A stretch of DNA of 64,000 nucleotides from Octopus vulgaris (Eukaryota), in contig OX597814.1 of assembly GCA_951406725.2 (NCBI GenBank), positions 208,320,001 through 208,384,000 of the forward strand. Direction: 5' to 3'. Under the pieces are notes generated by a model. That model was not told the DNA's origin, ran no database searches, and saw only the letters and a program-made list of their open reading frames with translations. A program made the translations under genes and the position numbers. Positions 43,817 to 56,344 of this stretch are shown here, piece by piece; position 1 is the first letter of the stretch; each line of letters starts with the position of its first letter.

Positions 43817-44448
43817 TATGGAGAGTTAGCTAAAGGAGAACGACCTCCACATAAACCAAAAAAGAGGTATAAGGACTTGCTGAAGGCTTCCTTAAGAGAT
43901 GCTTGCATCTCTCCTGACATATGGGAGGGCATAGCTATTGATCGTAGCAGGTGGAGAAAGATTGTGCACGAGGGGACAACTACTTTTGAGAAATCTCGAG
44001 TTGCACATGAGAAAGTAAGGAGGGATGTCAGGAAGGGCATCACTGTTACACTTCCAGATAGGAAGGGTCTTCCTATGATGCTGACGTGCAGTGTCTGTAT
44101 AAGACCCTGCCTCAGTAAAGCTGGACTCAAGAGTCATCTTCGTAGTCATAAAGCAAGACAGATGAGTGACAACCTGACCACTGGTGGTGGTGTTACACAC
44201 CATACTAATCATATCTGTCGGGCATGTGGAAGAGAGTGTAATTCGGCAGGAGGACTTAAACAACATGCAAAGGTACATGAAGCCCAGTTACAACTACAGC
44301 CGGCTATTACCAGTAAAGGTTTTAGCTGCCAATTCTGTACAAGACATTGTAGATCTTTAGCTGGGCTAAAAAATCACATTCGATCACAGCACCAATAACA
44401 CTTAAGCTTCGTGCAATGGCCATACTCGATAACGAGGGGGCAGCCATC
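43817..44448 (+). mobile_element. 5'-truncated RTE-type LINE 3' end encoding three C2H2 zinc fingers, in (ATGT)n
   Basis: YGELAKGER..KPKKRYKDLLK..WE..A.DRSRWR..VHEG (RTE C-terminal motifs) then CSVC..HLRSH, CRAC..HAKVH, CQFC..HIRSQH*; ~50-nt 3' UTR. Confidence 0.82.
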
Positions 44449-44459
44449 ATGTATGTATG

Positions 44460-44490
<31 letters not shown>

Positions 44491-44520
44491 GGATGTGTGC
44501 ATGTGTGCATGTGTTGTGTT

Positions 44521-45367
44521 CAGGCTAAATTTGGTAATTTTTACGTCTCCTTTTTTTCAGGAACAGTTTGATATATTAGTGAACAGTCAAAGGCATACAG
44601 ATTCAAGTTGTAGTTGAGAAAAAGTTGACTGACATGGAAGACTGGAAGTGATCTGAATATTGGAAAAGAATTACCCGTGTGATGATGATTCATGCTGGGT
44701 ATCAAAATGCAAACACCATGCTCTGTAAATACTGTAAAAGCATAAGGCATAGCATGAACAACTGCAACAGAGACTGCGAAGCTGTGGTCAGCAGGAAGGG
44801 ATGTAGCAAGCATTCTGACTGTGTCCACATGGCAGAATTCATCCCCACATATTTGAACTGGGCCTTAGGCTCAATTCTGATGGCTATGTAATGCTAATGG
44901 AGACTGGTCAAACTTTGGCTGTTGAAGGTTGATGCTGGAAAGCCATATGTATGGCAGTAGGATTCAGCTCCTTGCCATACTTTTGGAAAGAGTAAGGAAT
45001 GGTTGTTGGGAAATTTCTAAGATTCCACCGGTCCCAATTTCTGGCCTATTAATTCCTCCAATTTTAATCCAATGGATTACTATGAATGACATCAACCGCT
45101 CTGCTTGAAACATCAAGGTTGAACTGGTGGCCAAGACCAAGGAGGTGTTTGAAGATCTTCTGAGGGACATAGTGAGGAATACATGTGTCAGGTTCCAGAG
45201 CATCCTTGAGGCAATGGTGGAAGCTGAGGACAGCTACTTTGAGTAAATTCTTATCTCCCAGTCATAATCTAATTGAGATCTTTTGATTTTTAAAAAAAAT
45301 TCTATTATTTTTGGATTGGATATTGTGTTTTCTTTTCCTTTTATGCAAGATGTCAAATTTAGCCATA
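44521..45367 (+). mobile_element. Decayed Tc1/mariner (maT-like) transposon
   Basis: Fragments PYVWQ*DSAPCHT, FWPINSSNFNPMDYY, FQSILEAMVEAEDSYFE*; short TIR ggctaaatttg / caaatttagcc. Confidence 0.75.
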
Positions 45368-46649
45368 TATATATATATAACATGGCAAGAATACATAAAA
45401 AGGCATATAACAGATGCAATAGATATGGACAATTAGAGCTTAGATCAGATACCTAAATACCTAAAATTCAATATTGAACAAAAGGAGATGGAATCCAAGT
45501 AAATGAGAGCTGGCTACAGTAATGTACCAGCTGTGGTAATGAAAGTCTATATATATATATATATATATATTAATAAAAAGAATTCCAACCTTGTCTGATT
45601 TTCACGTTTTATTTACAATCTTATAATGATATATTATAAGATAATATATTATAATTGAAGAAAATAAAATGAAATAGTAGAATGTTAAATATTCATTCTG
45701 ATTGAACTAGTACTTTCATGCATTGAATTCTGCAATCTTCGGGTTCATGTAGTAGTGTTGACAGTCATGCTTCACAATTTTTGACTGTAGCAAGATGAGT
45801 GATTCTGTGCTATAAATACAGCTGGGTAGGCTCCAGAGTGCTAGGTTTTGCAAACTGTATTCTGACCAATCAGTGTGTAGTATCACTCAATTACTTAAGC
45901 TGATTGGTTGGTTGAGCTGATTGGTTTAGGCATCATGCTTTGTTGGACAGGTCAAGAGTCCTGTATCTTGACCCTGGCCGAAGCAGCAATTGTTGGGTTA
46001 TTTTTAGAAATGTTGTAAATATCCTTTGTCAGAGATTTTTATATTTTTATATTTCAATTGTCATCATCATCATTGTCAGCACCTTAATTATTGTTGCTAG
46101 TGGTGATGGTGGTGGCAATAGAACTTTTAACCCACGCTCACGTGTACACCGGCAACAGATTAGAGACCCAGAGGTCCGTCAGATACCTTTGAGTAACCAC
46201 CTAGCAACATGTGGTCGGAAAATATATATAATATTTCCATTCTACAAATTACACAGCCCAAGTGAAATCGAGAGGAAAATCAGAGAAAAGAATTTTATTG
46301 ATAAATTCGAACCCAAGCTAAATAAGCAATAATAACAATACTTAGAGGTATTACTTCCACTGCTACGACCATGACCACTAACAACAACAACAATACTAAA
46401 GGTGATCAAGACGAAGATAGCAGGAAAATTATCTTATTTAGGGTTAAAAGTTCTATTGCCACCACCATCACCACTAGCAACAATAATTAAGGTGCTGACA
46501 ATGATGATGATGACAATTGAAATATAAAAATATAAAAATCTCTGACAAAGGATATTTACAACATTTCTAAAAATAACCCAACAATTGCTGCTTCGGCCAG
46601 GGTCAAGATACAGGACTCTTGACCTGTCCAACAAAGCATGATGCCTAAA

Positions 46650-46791
46650 CCAATCAGCTCAACCAACCAATCAGCTTAAGTAATTGAGTGATACTACACA
46701 CTGATTGGTCAGAATACAGTTTGCAAAACCTAGCACTCTGGAGCCTACCCAGCTGTATTTATAGCACAGAATCACTCATCTTGCTACAGTC
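46650..46791 (+). promoter_or_regulatory. Putative pLTR Pol II promoter (mirror in left arm)
   Basis: CCAAT at 46650 and 46667, ATTGG at 46704, TATTTATA at 46756, Inr-like ACAGT ~30 nt later, just upstream of the hammerhead. Confidence 0.35.
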
Positions 46792-46826
46792 AAAAATTGT
46801 GAAGCATGACTGTCAACACTACTACA

Positions 46827-46871
46827 TGAACCCGAAGATTGCAGAATTCAATGCATGAAAGTACTAGTTCA
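46827..46871 (+). ncRNA. Minimal type I hammerhead motif, CCGAAGA core (mirror copy 45703-45747, minus)
   Basis: ugaac CCGAAGA u ugca-gaauucaa-ugca u GAAA GUAC UA guuca: 5-bp stem I, palindromic AGUACU stem III, CUA site. Confidence 0.65.
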
Positions 46872-47033
46872 ATCAGAATGAATATTTAACATTCTACTAT
46901 TTCATTTTATTTTATTCAATTATAATATATTATCTTATAATATATCATTATAAGATTGTAAATAAAACGTGAAAATCAGACAAGGTTGGAATTCTTTTTA
47001 TTAATATATTCTTCTATACACAATCACACACAC

Positions 47034-47082
<49 letters not shown>

Positions 47083-47169
47083 TGGGGAAGGCTGGTTTAT
47101 GGGATTACCTTGGGTTTCCCATCCATAAAGGGTTTAACTTTATAGTGTATTGTTAGCTCCCAAAACCTT

Positions 47170-47495
47170 TTGCCCTGGCACATAAAAAGCACCAACCAAT
47201 TGTGACCGATGCCAGTATCCCCTGACTGGCTCCTGTGCCAGTAGCATGTAAAAGTACCATCCGATCATGATTGTTGCCAGGCCTACCTGACTGGCTCCTG
47301 TGTCGGTGGCACATAAAAAGCCCCCACTACACTCTTGGAGTGGTTGGCATTAGGAAGGGCATCCAGCTGTAGAAACATTGCCAGATCAGATTGGAGCCTG
47401 GTGCAGCTGCTGGCTCTCCAGACTACAGTCAAACCGTCCAATGCATGCCAGCATGGAAAGCGGACATTAAACGATGATGTTAATGATAATGATGA
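47170..47495 (+). mobile_element. RTE-LINE 3' UTR fragment (family D)
   Basis: Subrepeats, motif and (ATG)n tail. Confidence 0.78.
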
Positions 47496-47555
47496 GGAGG
47501 ATATATACATATGATATATAGGATATATACATACATATATATATATATATATATA

Positions 47556-47854
47556 AAGTAAGCAGAGTTAATGGTTGGAATAACCATCTAAGGGATAATA
47601 GTATCCGTTCTTACTATTGGTATCATTTACCTATGAATCCCCAGGTAGGGGTATGCAAGCACACTATGCTTATAGGGTACAGGTAACAACAGAAGTTTAT
47701 CAGGAATCAAATTTAAATAAGTAGAACATGGAGAAAACCTTTGATCAACAAACAAACAAACAAATTGACCAACATCGGTTGATTATTTTCAACCGACGTT
47801 GGTCAATTTGTTTGTTTGTTGATCAAAAGTTTTCTCCATTCTCTGCTTATTTAA

Positions 47855-47856
<2 letters not shown>
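47556..47856. repeat. TA-flanked insert ending in a ~70-bp-arm palindrome
   Basis: Arms 47711-47782 / 47789-47856, 6-nt loop. Confidence 0.8.
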
Positions 47857-47913
<57 letters not shown>

Positions 47914-47934
47914 TACATACACACATATATCTAT

Positions 47935-47965
<31 letters not shown>

Positions 47966-48649
47966 TATATATACATAGTTATTAGACCATAAGAAAGAAT
48001 GATTTGCAGTATACATTGCAGCTCTCTGTACATAGAGTTCAAATCCTGTCAGAGTCAACTTTGCCTTTTATATCGTTGGGTTTGCTAAATTAAGTACTGG
48101 AGCTAATTCTTCTCATTCTCTCCCTCTCCCTCCCTCTCTCTCCAATCCCCTCCCCCCTCCCCCCTCCCCTATCTCTCTCACACACACACCTCTTTCTTTC
48201 ACACCTCTGAATCAGTTATGTTAGACAAACAGACAGGTCTTGGCTGATCACTCACAGCATCCCTTTCTTCAGGAATGGAGAAGAATTCTGTGAGGGCTTA
48301 GGAACCACTTCTCATAAACCCCGCCCAGAATAACTGATATGCTACTGAAACCCTCCAAGCGTGGCCTGATGTGCAGCACTGAATGTTATAGCTATAGTAA
48401 ATGTAATATACAAATATACATGCATATATACATACATACACACATTACATACATGCACAGACATGCACAGATGCACACACATGCACATGCACACACATAT
48501 ATACACAAATAAGAAAGAAAAGCATCTATGAATCTAATGCAATATAGGCAGATCCTATCTGTTGCTCTGCAATCAAAATGGTTGAATAGGTTGTACGTGG
48601 TTGAAATCAATTTGACATAAAGAGAAAATGAGAGAGAAAAAGAGAGAGG

Positions 48650-48667
48650 GAGATAGATAGGTAGATG

Positions 48668-48732
<65 letters not shown>

Positions 48733-49088
48733 GTAGGTAGGTAGGTAGGTTGGTAGGTGGGTAGGTAGGTAGATAGATAGATAGGTAGGTAAGTAGGTAG
48801 ATAGGTAGGTATGTAGGTAGGTAGGTGGGTAGGTAGGTAGGTAGGTAGGTAGATAGGTAGGTAGGTAGGTAGGTAGGTAGGTAGGTAGGTAGGTAGGTAG
48901 GTAGGTAGGTAGGTAGGTAGGTAGGTAGGTAGGTAGGTAGGTAGGTAGGTAGGTAGGTAGATAGATAAATAGATAGATAGATAGATAGATAGGTAGGTAG
49001 GTAGGTAGGTAGGTAGGTAGGTAGATAGATAGATAGGTAGGTAGGTAGGTAGGTAGGTAGGTAGGTAGGTAGGTAGGTAGATAGATAA

Positions 49089-49139
<51 letters not shown>

Positions 49140-49140
49140 T

Positions 49141-49172
<32 letters not shown>
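48650..49172. repeat. (AGAT)n/(AGGT)n compound microsatellite
   Basis: Direct inspection. Confidence 0.95.
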
Positions 49173-49173
<1 letters not shown>

Positions 49174-49780
49174 GAGAGAGAAAGAGTAATAAACAAGATT
49201 AAAGAAAATACAGGTAAGAAAATAAAGAGACAAAAATATCTGGCAAAAAGTGAAGGTTTTAATTTAAGCAATTGATAGGTATTAAGAATAATTTAATCGC
49301 AATTACGAAGACAAAAACTTCTTTGGGTTGATATATTTTTTGTATTTTCCAAGAAAGAATAAAAAAAGAATCAGCTTATTTCTGTCTTTCTCTGGAAGAG
49401 GTTAAGAAAATGGTGATATGTCTTAAGGACATGAAAAACTGATCCAAAAAAATCTGAAATTAATATTTATTAAGATTAGTGAAAAGTTATTTTGTTTTAT
49501 TCTTATTGGCATTCCGTTGAGATCAAGAGGTTTATTAGTAAAAGAGGAAAAAAAAAAAAATACAATGCATATATATATATACATAACAAAATGATAATTG
49601 CTGTTATTCATTTCCAAATTTCTATCTACTAAGAAAAGGTAAAAAAAGGAAAGAAAAAAAAGGAAAAAGAAAAAAAATTTATAAAGCAATGCATTAAGAT
49701 AAATTGTGGTTTCTCATTGATGAGTGCTTTCTTTTTCTTTTTGAGGATACGTTGACAAAATCTATGATATAAGTTCTAAA

Positions 49781-50100
49781 GACTCCGCCGGTTACGACAA
49801 CGAGGGTCCCAGCAGCTGATACGATCAACGGAACAGCTTGCTCGTGAAATTAACGTGCAAATGGCTGAGCATTCCACAGACACGTGTACCCTTAACGTAG
49901 TTCTCGGGGATAATCAGCGTGACACAGAGAGTGACAAGGCTGACCCTTTGAAATACAAGTACAACTCATTTTTGCCAGCTGAGTGGACTGGAGCAACGTG
50001 AAATAAAGTGTCTTGCTCAAGGACACAACGCGTCGCCGGGAATCGAACTCACAACCTTACGATCATGAGCCGAATGCCCTAACCACTAAGCCACGCGTCC
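49781..50100 (-). mobile_element. tRNA-headed SINE sharing the family C 3' half but with a different head/body
   Basis: 49781-49960 matches 57062-57240; head ggacgcgtggcttagtggttagggc..gtccttgagcaagacac. Confidence 0.8.
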
Positions 50101-50395
50101 TTACTGTATGATATAAGTATATATGCATAAAACATATGTGAGATGCAGAGTCTATGTGAGATGCAGAGAGGGCTCTTCAATTCAACTCTCTTAAAGATTT
50201 TTTCTTGTATAATTTGACTCTGGGCATGGCATTTAATTTCATATGACCCCCTACAATAAACTACCATTAATATTTACCACGTGCTAGATCTGCTGGATAT
50301 GCCACCTGTAATAAAGTGGAATTCCTTCTAATTGGAGCAGGAGGAAAGAGATTTATCTTCCATTCATTTCAATTTCACAACATCAGAGACGAATA

Positions 50396-50608
50396 AGGTG
50401 GCGAGCAGGCAGAACCCTTAGTATACCTGGCAAAATGCTTAGCGGCATTTTATCCAGCTTTAAGTTCCAAGATCAAATTCTGCCAAGGTAGACTTTGCCT
50501 TTCATCCTTTTGGGGCCAATAAAATAAGTACCAGTTGAATACTGGGCTGATGTAATCAACAAGACACTGCCCCTAAAATTGCTGGGCTTGTGCCAAAATT
50601 TGAAACCA
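50396..50608 (+). mobile_element. SINE family B, diverged
   Basis: Similarity to 34949-35178. Confidence 0.72.
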
Positions 50609-51062
50609 GTATCAGAGATAGGTACCATCCTTATAAACATCTGGGAGCTGTGGTTGTTATTTTTTTTACTTATTTAATTTAAGAATAGGCTAATAGACAA
50701 CCAACTAAGAGGACAACTGTCTACCATATTCTACCACTAGCATTGCATTGTGTCCATGGTTAAGGCACATATCTTACAAATACCCAATCCACTAAGCTGT
50801 TGATGGATTACTCAGAGTAGAAACAGCCCATCATTGTAAGCAGTAAAAGCACTGTAACATTCTTAAGTATTTCTTTAGCTCATAGTGCTGATTTCAACTA
50901 TTCCTTTTCTTTCTCCTTCTGTCTCCTCCCACTATTTCTTAGGGGTATGACCTGATAGGCATTTGACTCTATTGGCATCATCTAAGCATAACACTGCAAC
51001 CTTAATCCATTGATGGATGACTTTCATTAGGCAGACAGGAATGTAATTTAGCTGCTGTGAAG

Positions 51063-51269
51063 ACTCTCTTTTTACTCTCTCTTTTACTCTCTTACTTGTT
51101 TCAGTCATTTGACTGCGGCCATGCTGGAGCACCGCCTTTAGTCGAGCAAATCGACCCCGGGACTTATTCTTTGTAAGCCCAGTACTTATCCTATCGGTCT
51201 CTTTTGCCGAACCGCTAAGTTGTGGGGACGTAAACACACCAGCATCGGTTGTCAAGCGATGTTGAGGGA

Positions 51270-51316
<47 letters not shown>

Positions 51317-51488
51317 GCATGTATATGCCGGGCTTCTTTCAGTTTCCGTCTACCAAATCCACACACAAGGCATTGGTCAGCCCAGGGCTATAGCAGAAGA
51401 CACTTGCCCAAGGTTCCACACAGTGGGACTGAACCTGGAACCATGTGATTGGTTAGCAAGCTACTTACCACACAGCCACTCCTGCACC
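51063..51488 (-). mobile_element. SINE family A
   Basis: Similarity to other copies. Confidence 0.87.
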
Positions 51489-51824
51489 TGTTAGCATACT
51501 ATTTAATTTAATATTAAAATTATGAGTGATGGTATTATTTTTCATTTATTTATTATTATTTTTTGTTTTTTGTATTCTGAAGATTATAAACAACTTGTTT
51601 TATTGCATCAAGTTGCCTTCTTGAATCAAACCTGAAGGACTTTCTTATATCATAGACTTTATCAACAGTTCATCTCTTGCTCAGAACTGATGAAAAAACA
51701 CAATGTTTATTAGAATACTCCATGTATAGAAACTTTGTTATTCATATGATATATATATATATAATATACATACATATGTTATATATGTACATACATACAT
51801 ACATATATATATATATGTACATAC

Positions 51825-51868
<44 letters not shown>

Positions 51869-52307
51869 TATATACACATATAAACATACATATATACATA
51901 CACAAACATTTCAACAAATTGTTCATATGGCAGATATATTTCCCTCATCTTTTAAATATAAATGAGATGAGTTTTATATTGAAGGTTAAGTAAAGTACAA
52001 AAAAAAAAAAAGAAAAGGAAAAAGAGAAACAACAACTTAAATGGTATTTGAGATAGTATTTTGGAATGGTTAATGAAATGAGAAATATGTTTAAGAATGA
52101 GAAAGCAGTTTTAGGCTCAAAACTAAGTAAGCAATTTGTGATTAGTAACAATATCCAATAATGTATCTTTTGGGTCATGAGGACATTACTGAAAATATTT
52201 GCCTTGATAGTTTTTATCTTTTTTTCTCACAAAAAGAAGTTGTGCCAATAAACAGAGCTATTGATCCCAGTATTTGATTTGTATTTATTTCATTAATCCT
52301 GTGAGTA

Positions 52308-52692
52308 TCTCTCTCTATATAAACGGCAGTTTGTCTGTGTGTGTTTCTGTGTGTCTGTTAGGTTGTACCCTCACCCTGACCATGGCTTTCAACCGATTCT
52401 GATGAAACTTAACACACACATAGCCCAATGTCATAATTCAAAACTAACGCAGAGAAAATTTTGAAAAGTTTCCCCAGTTCTGAAAAAAATCGATAAATTC
52501 GACATGGGGTCGAGAATCAGAAACACAAACCACAGACTGTCTAGGGGACGCAACTCGACCGTTTTAACTCTCAAAAAAAAATTTACCATAATTTTTTTTC
52601 CATTTTTTTGCTATTTTTTGGCTATAACTCTCTAAAAATGCTTTATAGTTATTTCCCTTACAAACCCGAGCAACGCGGGGCGATACTGCTAG
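52308..52692 (+). mobile_element. Non-autonomous Helitron
   Basis: A|TC...cccgagcaacgcgggg hairpin...CTAG|T; 3' end shared with 3613-4011. Confidence 0.85.
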
Positions 52693-53519
52693 TAAAAAAT
52701 AAAGTTAACCTACAGGGGATTTGAACTCAAGAGCATAAAGTATGTAACTTAATCTCATTTTGTCCAGTGTTTTGCCAATGGATGATAGATTCAGTAGTGC
52801 AGCAGCTAAGATATTTTTGCAGCGTTTAATGACATATCTCTATGTAATTGGAAAAGAATATGTCAAAAACAAAAGGCCTGTAATAGATACAGGCCATTAA
52901 CGCTGAGACTGGGCCTGATAGCAAAAAATCCATTGTCCAATGAAAAGAGACGGAATCCAAACAAAAGAGCATTGACCAAAGGCAATGCGTCAGTTTGAAC
53001 TAATGAATGTACAATAGAATTTTTTAAATGGACAGGCAGTTGTTAATGGCATCAAAGCATTTATGGAATAGTTATACAGAATTGTGTGTAAATATAATTA
53101 AACAGAAGTGGAGAGTTTAAGTACCTGGAGTTCATTATACATTTTAACCTTTCTAGATCAATAAAATATGAACCAGTCAAGTGGGCCATTTCCCTTAATT
53201 TGTGGTATTGTGCCCAGTAATGAATCATCAATATTATCATTATTTGTAAGGCAGTAAGCTGGCAGACTTGTGAGCATGCCAGACAAAATGCTTAATGCTT
53301 AGCAGCATTTTGTTTGTCCTTACGTTTTGTGTTCAAATTCCATTGAGGTCAACTTTGGCTTTCATCCTTTTGGGCTTGATAAAATGAGGACCAGTTGAAC
53401 ATCGATTTAATCCCTCTCTTGAAATTGCTGGCCTTGTGCCAAAATTTGAAATATTATTTTCATTTGTGCACTGGTGGTAAAGTGACTGGTTAAATACCTT
53501 GTGTATTTAGTTCTAAGTT

Positions 53520-53906
53520 CATCATCATCATCATCATCGTTTAACGTCTGTTCTCCATGCTAGCATGGGTTGGACGGTTCGACCGGGGATCTGGGAAGCC
53601 AGAAGGCTGCACCAGGCTCCAGTCTTATCTGGCAGTGTTTCTACAGCTGGATGCCCTTCCTAAAGCCAACCACTCCGTGAGTGTAATGGGTGCTTTTTAC
53701 GTGCCACCCGCACAGGTGCCAGGCGAGGCTGGCAACGGCCACGGTCGGATTGGTGCAATTTACGTGCCACTGGCACGGAAGCCAGTTGAGGCGGCGCTGG
53801 CATCAGCACGATTCAGATAGTGCTTTTTATGTACCACCAGTCCAGGGGTCCTGGCATCTGCCGGGTACCAGTCATAGGATTGGTACAATTTCGATTTTGA
53901 TTTCGA
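53520..53906 (-). mobile_element. RTE-LINE 3' UTR fragment (family D)
   Basis: Close to 25122-25598. Confidence 0.83.
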
Positions 53907-54779
53907 TAAGTTCAATGTCAAAATTCAATAAAATAAATTCAAGTCAAGTTTTGGGGTCCATTTAATTGGCTGTTCCCAGTTTGTGTGATATTGGGCATAT
54001 ATTCAAAATGATCAACATAATTTTTATATTTTCTGTTTTTTATTTACTTTACAAGGATGAGCTTATGTTACTGCTTTCTTATTGATTTTTAAGTTTGATT
54101 TTTATGTTACATTTTGTTGATGTTGTTGTTACTGTGTTACTTGTTTGAAGATATAAAGATGAATTAGGAGGATTACACTTAACACACTTGTATCATGTCC
54201 TTTAAAGAAAATAGCTTGATAAGCTGACAGGTAAACTGCATCCATGGAAGTAAAGAAACAGTTTACAGCCAACATAAATGTGTGTGTGTGTGTGTGCATG
54301 TGTGTGCATGCATGCATGTGTGTGCATGAGTATGTTTGCGTATAATATGTTTATGTATGAGTGACATTTCTGAAGCAAGGTATGAAGGAATTCCACATGC
54401 ATTCACTCACACAAACACATGTATATACACACATACATATACATACAAATGTAATGTAGAGCAAATCTCCAGTCAGAGTAGATTTAACTCAATGAAACTG
54501 TACCGGTGGTTGCTGGGAAGGAGAGAAAAACTCGAAAGATGTAATTTACTGTCTCTATGACCTTTGAGATGTCTGTGAGTGAAATATAGCAATAATTGAT
54601 AGACTAAAACAGATTCCAGTTTTGGAGATGAGACACACTTGCCTGGGATAGATACCTATAGAAAGAAAATGGTTGAATTTAGTTAAAAACAAAACTAACT
54701 TGAGAGCAGACTATTTTGAGAGTACTTTCTCAGGCTGAAGTGATTTAAGACAATGTGTAACTTCATATCAGCCTTGACC

Positions 54780-55420
54780 AAGCAGTCCTATGGCAAACAG
54801 GTAGTCAGTTAAATGACTAGGTACACAGATGCATCGTCTCAGGTTCGGTGAATATAAGAATAAAGTGGAGGGGCTGGTAAGGCTGAAAGGTTGAAAGAGA
54901 GTGACTTTGGAAAATGCTTTGCTATGTGTGTAGAATGGAAGCCTAGCCTTTGGGATGCAGTTTTGATAATGCTGAATACATAAGGTCATCATAAGAGATC
55001 CTCAGTGATATGAGGTTTTGCACCTGTAGGGAGAATCTGAGGATGTAGTGAAAGATAATGTCCTTGGTATACATAGTGATTATTTCTTGGTGTTGTTGAT
55101 TGAAACAAGGTTATCAGGTCCATAACGGTAAATGTTTTCAAGATATATGTTTATTAAAGCAAGGTAAGTTTGGTGTGAAGTGACTAAGTAGCATTTGAAT
55201 GATGACATCTGTATGAAGATGTTAAGGTGGGGGGGGGGGAGCAAAGGTGGTCTCACTTGCATGGAAGTATATAGGATTATGATAACAGAAAGTAGATAAT
55301 TAACATAGAGAAATAAGAATGTGAAGTGTACTAGAGTTGGTAAGGTGTGGGTTAGAGAGATTCCTGTAAATTCTTTTTGCAATATAATGTAAGTAACCTG
55401 GTAGGAAACTTCCATTGCAA
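54780..55420 (-). mobile_element. Possible decayed Gypsy integrase C-terminal remnant
   Basis: Scattered fragments QVRPPLLPP, GPDNLVSIN and RRCICVPSHLTDY in the expected order; heavily broken. Confidence 0.35.
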
Positions 55421-56344
55421 GAAATGAAAAACTAATGGATTCTATAGGTAAACTACTAAGTCAAAAGGTTCTTATGCTTTGCATAGTCAAGAATATGTCT
55501 TTCACCAAAGATCTCAGTAGTATGAGTTAACTGTTGATATGAAATCTCTTGTGTGGGACACAGGAAAGCAAGTTTCAAGAACAGAAGGATAAAATATCTC
55601 CCATTCCTAAGAGTTTTAGCTATTTATTGATCTCCAGCCATATCAAATGATTTACTATGGAATGTGAAGTCTCAATATTTATTCTTGACTGGGTAATAAA
55701 CCAATGAAATAGGAGACTTTGATCAATAAAATGATTTGTTGTTCACATGTCTAGATTTATTATTGAGATGCTTGTTTTATTGTTGAAATATTTTGTTTTT
55801 TTTGGACCATTAACTTCAATAATAGTTTTGCTTGCATTTGTATTTGCAATGTTTCAATTTCAATATTGTCCAATTATCTTCTCATCAATGCCAAAAGGAT
55901 TTTGTCCTGGTACGTACAAGAAATGTGACTCCCTAATCCTCACTGAAAGCAACCTGTCAAGCAGATCAAATGCTTGGAATTAAAACTGGTTAAGTGGGTA
56001 GACTGGGGTCCATTAGTATGGCAAAACAGTTTCTCTAGTGTTGGGCATAAAATGAATAAATCATATCCACTCTGCTAGTTGTTAAGGAAAGACATCTAGA
56101 AATATAAATTGAATTAAATGTGCACTACATCAAATACGGTTATTTATCTCTCTCCCTCTCTCCCTCTCTCCCCTTCTCCTCTCTCTATACATAAGGAAAT
56201 GAGATGGCAAAATAATAAATGAGTATCTTATTGACTTTGTTATCTAACTTTGTTTCTGCTACAAGATGCAGTGAACTCATAGACAAGTGCCTGAGTAACA
56301 CCATATAGCTTCATTGGAGCCTATATATATATATATATATATAT

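Larger units (their letters stand above)
45565..47036 (+). mobile_element. Penelope-like element 3' end with inverted pLTR: 569-bp arms around a GIY-YIG C-terminal fragment
   Basis: Arms 45565-46133 / 46441-47009 near-identical; spacer encodes RVHRQQIRDPEVRQIPLSNHLATCG..IFPFYKL..ERKIREKNFIDKFEPKLN* (stop 46332); TA runs both sides. Confidence 0.85.

Noticed and set aside
45940-46634. Two ORFs with identical N-termini on opposite strands
   Set aside because: Artefact of the inverted arms; only 46134-46332 is protein-like
48573-49271. 232-aa and 208-aa SIYL/PTYL ORFs
   Set aside because: (AGAT)/(AGGT) microsatellite
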